Positions 57,661 to 64,000 of a stretch of DNA of 64,000 nucleotides are shown here, one piece after another. The notes beneath the pieces are model-generated. The model saw only the letters and a program-made list of their open reading frames with translations, did no database searches and was not told the origin of the DNA. The DNA lies in assembly GCA_016710265.1 (NCBI GenBank), contig JADJJL010000001.1:859553-923552 (forward strand), written 5' to 3'. The position numbers were made by a program, and so were the translations under genes. Position 1 is the stretch's first letter. Every line of letters starts with the position of its first letter. This stretch comes from Saprospiraceae bacterium (GTDB lineage Bacteria > Bacteroidota > Bacteroidia > Chitinophagales > Saprospiraceae).

Positions 57661-60282
57661 ATGAAATTTCTAAATCAAAGTTGTTTATCAATTGTAGTTT
57701 ATTTATTTTGGACCTGTGGTTTTTTTTCTATTTCTTTAAATGCACAATGGATTGAAAACTTTGATCATGATTTAAGTTATTGGAAGGGTGATACTTCACA
57801 TTTTAATATAACTGTGGATCACCAACTTATGTTAAATGCAAATGCAGCGGGTACAAGCTTTATTTTTCGTCCATTTGAATACCAATCCGTAGATCAGGTT
57901 TGGACCATTTTTTTAAGAATGAATTTTAGTCCTTCTTCAACCAATAAATTCAGATGGTGGCTTGCAATGGATCAGACTGATCTTCAACTCGCAAACGGTT
58001 ATTATTTGGACATTGGAGAAAATGGGAATGAAGACAATTGGAAACTTTTTGCAAAAAGTGGAAATAAAATCAATTTAATAGCAGAAGGAATCAAATCATC
58101 CTTAAGTACAGACCCAGCCGTCTGTAGATTGAAATTGATTAGGGATTCTAATTTTAATTGGATTATTGAATCTGACTATTCTGGAAATGAAAATTTTATT
58201 CAAGAAGGCCAATTTATAGATACCGTAAAAATTGATATTCAACAATCTTTTATGGGATTGCATTGTACTTATACTGATACCAGAAAAGACAAATTTATAC
58301 TGGATGATATATCAATATCAAGTCCTGCAAAAGACACCTTAGCTCCAGAAATTATAAATGCAATTGTAACTAAAAATCGAATTTTACAAATAGAATTTAA
58401 TGAAGAGGTAGTTCAAAACAATGCCCTGGATACAATGCATTATTGGGTAGCTGATTTGGGCCATCCGCAATCAGTCTCCAAAGATTCAATTGTATCTAGA
58501 TTATTCCATTTACAATTTAAAAGCGATTTTGAAAGATCAAAAACTTATTCTCTTGCTTATCGCAATCAAGAAGATTTACTAGGTAACAAACTAACTTTGG
58601 ATAATTACATTTCATTTAAGTCAGAACTGTATAATGAACCGCAGCCTGGTGATTTATTAATCAACGAATTTCTTGCTGATCCGGTACCAAGCGTTGGAAT
58701 ACCTGAATTTGAATTTATAGAAATTTGGAATACCAGTGATCAATATTTTGATTTAAAGAATTATAAAATACTAGATGGTACAAGCGAATCATCTGGATTT
58801 AGTCCAATCGTTATTGAACCCAACGAATATCTTATTTTATGTAATGTATCTGACACGACTGCTTTTATAACTTATGGAAAAACGTTGGGCATAAGATCAT
58901 TGCCGACAATTAACAACACAGCTGATGTGCTTCGTCTCGTTAATTCGCAAGGTGAAATTTTACACGAAGTCATATTTGATCTTAGCTTGTTAGGAAGTTC
59001 TTCCAAAAAAGACGGAGGATTTACGGTGGAGTTACAAAAACCAAATCAATATTGTAAGGGATTAGCAAGTTGGGGATTTAGTGAAAGTCCAGTAGGTGGA
59101 ACTCCGGGTAAAATTAATTCATTCATTGACCGCACGATTGATCAATCTGGACCTGTGTTGTTGGATTTAATTCCACTGAGTAAATGGGAAATTAAAATAG
59201 TGTTGGATGAGCCTCTTCATAACGCTCAGCAAGGAAACATGCAATTATTTGAAATTGACAATGGGGTTACCATTGCAACTGCAGACCCTATAGCAGGGAT
59301 GCCACAATCTATCATTTTGGTTTTGAATCAAGCTTTACTTGAATCTGTCAATTATACATTTCGATTGTCTGGTGCAAAAGATTGCCTTGGTAATGAATCA
59401 TTGGAACAAACCATTTCATTTCAATTACCAACCACTGCACAACCTGGTGATCTGTTGTGGAATGAAGTAATGTTTAACCCAAGAACTGGTGGATCCGATT
59501 TTGTGGAATTGTACAATCGAAGCACAAAAAAAATCCTGATCAAAGAACTTTTTATCTCGAATCCACAATCATCTCCTAATCCACTCAGAATTAATCTTGA
59601 CATAATAATGTCAGCAGGTGATTATCTAGTACTTACTCCAGACCGAAAAAATATAATTGAATATTATCCTATTGCGGATAGTAATAAAATCTTTGAGTTT
59701 AACATTCCTTCATTAGATGATAAAAGTGGTAGCTTAGTTTTAAGTAGGCCGGTCGGAAATACACATCAAATCATTGATTCATTTAGTTATAGCAGTGATT
59801 GGCATAGCCCATTGATTAAGGATGAAAACGGGGTGAGTCTTGAAAAAATAAGACCTGATCTAAATTCTTACATAAAAAATCATTGGCAATCTGCATCTAG
59901 TCAGGTCAATTATGGAAGTCCCGGACTCAGAAACAGCCAATTTTTGGATAGTATGGACCATTCAAAATCAAAACCCTATCAGATCATTGATAAAATCATT
60001 AGTCCTAATAATGATGGATATAGAGATTTTCTCAGTATATTATTTGACCTGGATCAGGCAGGTTATAAAATTAGAGCAGAAATATTTAATCCTTCAGGTT
60101 ATCTGGTAAGGACATTGTCTCAGGAGACCATAGGTCCTGAAAATCTTTTGATTTGGTCGGGTGATGATGACCAGGGCAATATCATCACTTCTGGAAATTA
60201 TTTATTGCAATTATTACTCACCCACCCTGATGGAAAAAGATTAAAATTTACTGAGCTTTTAGTGGTAGATCGTGGTCCATAA
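57661..60282 (+). CDS. Secreted protein with two lamin-tail-like (LTD) domains and a FlgD-Ig/T9SS-like C-terminal domain
   Basis: Signal peptide. Two LLINEF/LLWNEV...FIEI/FVEL(W/Y)N segments are typical of LTD domains. C-terminal ISPNNDGYRDFLSI...GNYLLQL resembles FlgD-Ig-like sorting domains. Confidence 0.7.
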   Translation: MKFLNQSCLSIVVYLFWTCGFFSISLNAQWIENFDHDLSYWKGDTSHFNITVDHQLMLNANAAGTSFIFRPFEYQSVDQVWTIFLRMNFSPSSTNKFRWWLAMDQTDLQLANGYYLDIGENGNEDNWKLFAKSGNKINLIAEGIKSSLSTDPAVCRLKLIRDSNFNWIIESDYSGNENFIQEGQFIDTVKIDIQQSFMGLHCTYTDTRKDKFILDDISISSPAKDTLAPEIINAIVTKNRILQIEFNEEVVQNNALDTMHYWVADLGHPQSVSKDSIVSRLFHLQFKSDFERSKTYSLAYRNQEDLLGNKLTLDNYISFKSELYNEPQPGDLLINEFLADPVPSVGIPEFEFIEIWNTSDQYFDLKNYKILDGTSESSGFSPIVIEPNEYLILCNVSDTTAFITYGKTLGIRSLPTINNTADVLRLVNSQGEILHEVIFDLSLLGSSSKKDGGFTVELQKPNQYCKGLASWGFSESPVGGTPGKINSFIDRTIDQSGPVLLDLIPLSKWEIKIVLDEPLHNAQQGNMQLFEIDNGVTIATADPIAGMPQSIILVLNQALLESVNYTFRLSGAKDCLGNESLEQTISFQLPTTAQPGDLLWNEVMFNPRTGGSDFVELYNRSTKKILIKELFISNPQSSPNPLRINLDIIMSAGDYLVLTPDRKNIIEYYPIADSNKIFEFNIPSLDDKSGSLVLSRPVGNTHQIIDSFSYSSDWHSPLIKDENGVSLEKIRPDLNSYIKNHWQSASSQVNYGSPGLRNSQFLDSMDHSKSKPYQIIDKIISPNNDGYRDFLSILFDLDQAGYKIRAEIFNPSGYLVRTLSQETIGPENLLIWSGDDDQGNIITSGNYLLQLLLTHPDGKRLKFTELLVVDRGP

Positions 60283-61285
60283 TGTAGTGAAAAAAGACAA
60301 AATAGATCCAGTGAAACTCGGACCCCTTCATATCTCAATAATTAATAGATTTTTAATGCATCCAATGGTTCATTGGTTGACCATTTTTTTTCTAATTACA
60401 TTTAGTATTTTACTATTGATTCCACCTGATATTTTACTCTTTAAGCAGCTCACCAAGTATGCTACGCACTGGATGTTTTTATGCATTGGCTTCGGACTCA
60501 TATTTATGTTGTTAGATATTAACAGTCTGCTGTTTGTGTCTTTCGCCTGTGCTGCCACCATTGCATTGTTTTTGCATAGTTCATTTAACTCTGCTATTCT
60601 TCTTGCAGGGGATAATAAAGATGAATCTACTTTTTCTGTGTTGTATGTAAATCCAAACCTAAGTAAAGAACCACTTCCAAGAACTATAAAATCTTTATTA
60701 AAACATCAAGCTGATCTGATCATTGTTGATGATTATCATCCAATGGTTCATGCTGCATCGCTTCAATTGGATGATATCTACCCTTACCGAAGAAATATAA
60801 TATTAGAAAATGGATTGGGTAAAGGCATGTTTTGCAAAACCTCTGTTGCACTTTCAGATACATTGCACTTTCTCTTCACTCCATCATTATTTGTGGAGTT
60901 AAATATTAATGACAGCATTCGATTGACGGTTGGGTCTTGTAGTCATTTACTACCAGAAAATTTGCACGATTACCATTATTTAAGTCAGGTTCTTCAAAAA
61001 TTGTCAGCTAAGTTAGTTAACATCAAAGATCCTACGATCTTGGCAGTCAATTTCAATATTGAACCATGGAGTCAGGAATTAAGAGATTTTAAAGATATGG
61101 CACATCTGAGTTCAAGCAGAAGAGAAAATAATGAAGGGGTTCATAACAAATCTATATTGAGTGCACTAACTGTTCCCGGTGGAGAAATTCTTATCAACCA
61201 AAAAGTAGAATGTTCTCATTTTTCGATTGTTTCAGATGAACAGAATATTCCAATTGGCTTATTTGGAAAGTATAAAATTAGATAA
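60272..61285 (+). CDS. Membrane protein with C-terminal endonuclease/exonuclease/phosphatase (EEP)-like domain, apparently degenerate
   Basis: GTG start overlaps the upstream stop by 11 nt; the start is uncertain. Three N-terminal TM helices. Downstream segments sit in EEP-like order (VLYVNPN, DLIIVDDY, LAVNFNIEPWS, IVSDEQNIP), but acidic/His catalytic positions appear substituted. Confidence 0.45.
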   Translation: MVHNVVKKDKIDPVKLGPLHISIINRFLMHPMVHWLTIFFLITFSILLLIPPDILLFKQLTKYATHWMFLCIGFGLIFMLLDINSLLFVSFACAATIALFLHSSFNSAILLAGDNKDESTFSVLYVNPNLSKEPLPRTIKSLLKHQADLIIVDDYHPMVHAASLQLDDIYPYRRNIILENGLGKGMFCKTSVALSDTLHFLFTPSLFVELNINDSIRLTVGSCSHLLPENLHDYHYLSQVLQKLSAKLVNIKDPTILAVNFNIEPWSQELRDFKDMAHLSSSRRENNEGVHNKSILSALTVPGGEILINQKVECSHFSIVSDEQNIPIGLFGKYKIR

Positions 61286-61414
61286 GCCAAGCTAGTTGCC
61301 CACTCTATAAATTGTATTTTAACTATAAAACCAATTTTTAAAACCTAAAAGGTATTTTAATTTGTTTTATTTGTATCTTTACACTCATACCATTACTAAA
61401 ATAAATCTAATAAA

Positions 61415-62140
61415 ATGAATCAATCTGGCCATGTAGATGACGATTATTTAATCTGCAGAGAATACGAGGAGCAGATGACTCAAAAATCAGATAATTATCC
61501 TGATTTTATCAGTTTTCAACATACCAATGGCAAGTATTATTTTGCTTGGGTCAATAAGGATTACCAAATTATCATGAGAGGAGAGGGTTATTCAGATACC
61601 TCTGACCGCGATCATGGCATAAATTCGGTAATTGAAAACAGAGAACTAAAGGAAAGATACAAATTGATTGAAAGTCATGGGGCCTTTTTTCTGACCCTTC
61701 GGGATACAAATCATCAAGAAATTGGAAGATCTTGTCCAAAAAATGATGAAGCCTCCTTATGGTCACTCATTCCTTTTTTCAATATAGAAGAAATAGAGAA
61801 TACAAATAAAAAGGATGATTCTGAAAATTTTTCTAAATTTGGAAATAGTTCTGATTTAAAAACGGATCCTTTGGCTCCCGCTTTTGGACCTCCTCCTATT
61901 GTCATACATTCTGATGGATCCTCGGAAGATAGCTCTCCAAATAAAGGCTTCAGTGCCTGGTGGTTGATTTTAGTGATACTTTTTATTTTGATTTTGTGGC
62001 GGTGGAAATCTTGCAATCAATCTGATGCTGCAAAATTACCTTCGACAGAACAACCTTCTATTTCTGAACCCAGCACGCCTCAACCAGCAGCTCCACCCCC
62101 AATCGATGTTAAATCAGTAAGAGATTCTGTAGCAAAATAA
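61415..62140 (+). CDS. YegP/DUF1508-like repeat protein with a TM segment and Pro-rich tail
   Basis: GKYYFAWVNKDYQIIMRGEGYSDTSDRDHGINSV and GAFFLTLRDTNHQEIGRS resemble the two DUF1508 half-repeats. These are followed by hydrophobic WWLILVILFILILW and a PSTEQPSISEPSTPQPAAPPP tail. Confidence 0.55.
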   Translation: MNQSGHVDDDYLICREYEEQMTQKSDNYPDFISFQHTNGKYYFAWVNKDYQIIMRGEGYSDTSDRDHGINSVIENRELKERYKLIESHGAFFLTLRDTNHQEIGRSCPKNDEASLWSLIPFFNIEEIENTNKKDDSENFSKFGNSSDLKTDPLAPAFGPPPIVIHSDGSSEDSSPNKGFSAWWLILVILFILILWRWKSCNQSDAAKLPSTEQPSISEPSTPQPAAPPPIDVKSVRDSVAK

Positions 62141-62202
62141 TTTACTGATTCTTTATAACTTTGATTTGGTATACGAATCTATAAAAGCCTTAGCTTACTT
62201 TG

Positions 62203-63357
62203 CTATACTTTGATCATGCGGTCCTTCCATTCTAATTGAAAGGGCAACCATGATAATATTCCCAAAATAAAAAGGTAAAAGAAATACAAAATTTCCATGG
62301 GTAAAAAATACCACATGAGTTTCCTTTTATGGAAAAAACCGGAGGCTTTATATAAAATGGTAAAATCTAATCCCATTTGTAAAGTTAACAAAGCAAGACT
62401 GGAATAAAACAGGATTTGATTACCTAAAAAGAATAAAAAAATAGGAGCCACAAAACTTAAAATCTTAGCCCACCAAACAAAAGCAGATGAAAGCATAAGA
62501 CTTGGGCTGCCAGCCTTTTTTAATTTAGAGGCCCAACGAAGTCTTTGAGAAAATAAATCAGAAATGCTTTTAACCGCTATAGTCTGAACAATGGTAGCAG
62601 GAGATTTTACAGCCAAAGTAGTTCCCTTGTATTGTTGATTAATTTTTTTAATGAGGAACATATCGTCTCCAGACGCTATTTGCATATTGTCATCATAAGG
62701 ATCTGTTTCTAAAAATACCTTTCTTTCAAATGCAAGGTTGGCCGCACTACCCAATTGGAAAAAACCTGCATCGTGGGCCGATTTTTGAATAAAAAATGTA
62801 CTCATAGAATCCAGACTTTGGAAGATTCCTAAGGTAGATTGATCTCCAATAATTTCAACAGGGAGGATCATTAACGTGCATGATTGCTTTTCATAGGCAG
62901 CCACGATAGTGCTGATCCATGTAGGTCCAACTTTACAATCCGCATCAGTAGTAATGATCAAATCACCAGTGGCATGGCTCACTCCGTATGCAATGGCTTT
63001 CTTTTTAGATCCTTGAATGGTGGTGCGCTTGTAGACGCCAAGCCTCATCATTTTTATGCGTGGGTCCTTTATTTCTTCGACAATATCTGGCGTATAATCT
63101 TCAGATTGATCATCGACCACTAAAACCTCAAACATAGAGGATGGATAATCTTGTGCCAAGATTAACTCAAGGCATTGCTTAATATTTTTTTCTTCATTGC
63201 GTGCGGCAATGAGTACACTAACTTTTGTTTTATAATTGGAACTTTGAAATTGCTGAGCATTGTTCTGATCCTTATTCCATTTATGGATCAGCCATAAAAC
63301 CATCAACAGATATGCCAATCCGAATAAAGCAACAATTATGAATAAAAGGATCGACAA
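62203..63357 (-). CDS. Membrane-bound family 2 glycosyltransferase
   Basis: VVDDQSED (DxD-like), TTDADC and SQRLRWA (Q-x-x-R-W) motifs with flanking TM helices. TTG start at 63357, 10 nt after the upstream gene. Confidence 0.8.
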   Translation of the reverse strand: MSILLFIIVALFGLAYLLMVLWLIHKWNKDQNNAQQFQSSNYKTKVSVLIAARNEEKNIKQCLELILAQDYPSSMFEVLVVDDQSEDYTPDIVEEIKDPRIKMMRLGVYKRTTIQGSKKKAIAYGVSHATGDLIITTDADCKVGPTWISTIVAAYEKQSCTLMILPVEIIGDQSTLGIFQSLDSMSTFFIQKSAHDAGFFQLGSAANLAFERKVFLETDPYDDNMQIASGDDMFLIKKINQQYKGTTLAVKSPATIVQTIAVKSISDLFSQRLRWASKLKKAGSPSLMLSSAFVWWAKILSFVAPIFLFFLGNQILFYSSLALLTLQMGLDFTILYKASGFFHKRKLMWYFLPMEILYFFYLFILGILSWLPFQLEWKDRMIKV

Positions 63358-63366
63358 TGCAATGGC

Positions 63367-63846
63367 TTATTCAAATAAATCATCGTAAGTGGATAAAAGT
63401 TTTTCACTTTCCTTACGGCGCATTTCGGTTTTATTGGGTGTTTCAACATTCATCCCGCCAACTTCTTCATATTGACTGTATTGATTTTCTTGCGCTTGAT
63501 TGGCCTCTTCTTGCAAATTTCCAAATTTCCTATAAGCCCAAGCTTTAAAAATCAAACCAATGGCCACCATGGGCAAAGCAATCACTTGCAAACCCAGGGT
63601 CAATAATCCTCCAAACAAACTGGCTTGAAAAGTTCTTTGAATTACCTTCAAATGATGTAAAATTACTTTGGGGTAAAGTATTACTGCAATTAACAGAAAC
63701 ACCGGACTCAATAAATAAAGCAATTTGTAAATCTGAAAAAACAGATAGAAGACCAGGGCAACAATGGTCAGGAGCGCTAAAGAGCCCAATATCCTTTGGA
63801 AGACATTCCTTCCGGAGTTCATTACGTAGATTTTATGCTGGATCAT
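63367..63846 (-). CDS. Hypothetical membrane protein
   Basis: 159 aa with 3-4 hydrophobic helices and a charged C-terminus. Probably co-transcribed with the downstream GT2 gene. Confidence 0.5.
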   Translation of the reverse strand: MIQHKIYVMNSGRNVFQRILGSLALLTIVALVFYLFFQIYKLLYLLSPVFLLIAVILYPKVILHHLKVIQRTFQASLFGGLLTLGLQVIALPMVAIGLIFKAWAYRKFGNLQEEANQAQENQYSQYEEVGGMNVETPNKTEMRRKESEKLLSTYDDLFE

Positions 63847-64000
63847 GTTCAGAGGAGCAAATTTACAACAAAATTATATATTATACAAATTAATAATGTG
63901 TTAATGTTCTGTCCAATGGATAAATCATCGGGTCGATCACCGCCGAAATCCAAAAGGATTTTACACAAACACTATTTTGCTTGAGCTAACTGAAAATGGG

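Overview
Low-GC (about mid-30s % by eye) chromosomal segment, almost certainly from a Bacteroidota genome. The evidence is several proteins with type IX secretion (T9SS) C-terminal sorting domains, a Bacteroidota-style BamA, TAnnTTTG -7 promoter boxes and little Shine-Dalgarno signal. Most of the window is densely packed housekeeping or core genes. These include gyrB, asd, dapD, bamA, dprA, tsaE, comM/yifB, comF, an HtrA protease, a DEAD-box helicase next to an RRM RNA-binding protein, alkaline phosphatase, and SulP, MATE and AI-2E transporters. There is also a DtxR-regulated metal ABC importer, a polysaccharide (AsnB-like plus two glycosyltransferases) operon cut by the left edge, and two tRNAs: Met/Ile2-CAU and Leu-GAG. 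I saw no rRNA, CRISPR array, transposase, integrase or phage genes. The accessory-looking content is as follows. (1) A compact three-gene minus-strand operon (22147-24945) next to tRNA-Met. It encodes an 89-aa acidic peptide ending in a duplicated AYWNTT motif, a 342-aa unknown protein with a five-fold beta-hairpin periodicity, and a 482-aa secreted unknown with a C-terminal CxxCH motif. I flag this as a candidate undescribed peptide-modification (RiPP-like) system. (2) A 1683-aa protein combining a kinase-like domain, a STAND ATPase, a GAF domain and a class III cyclase, whose kinase catalytic loop looks dead. (3) A 1498-aa T9SS protein combining an M43 metalloprotease, an L-type-lectin-like domain and Cys-repeat modules. 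(4) Several other T9SS cargo proteins. The supplied ORF track accepts TTG/GTG starts, and I shortened several N-termini (ComF, BamA, DapD, the coiled-coil protein). All functional calls rest on motif recognition by eye; no database search was possible.
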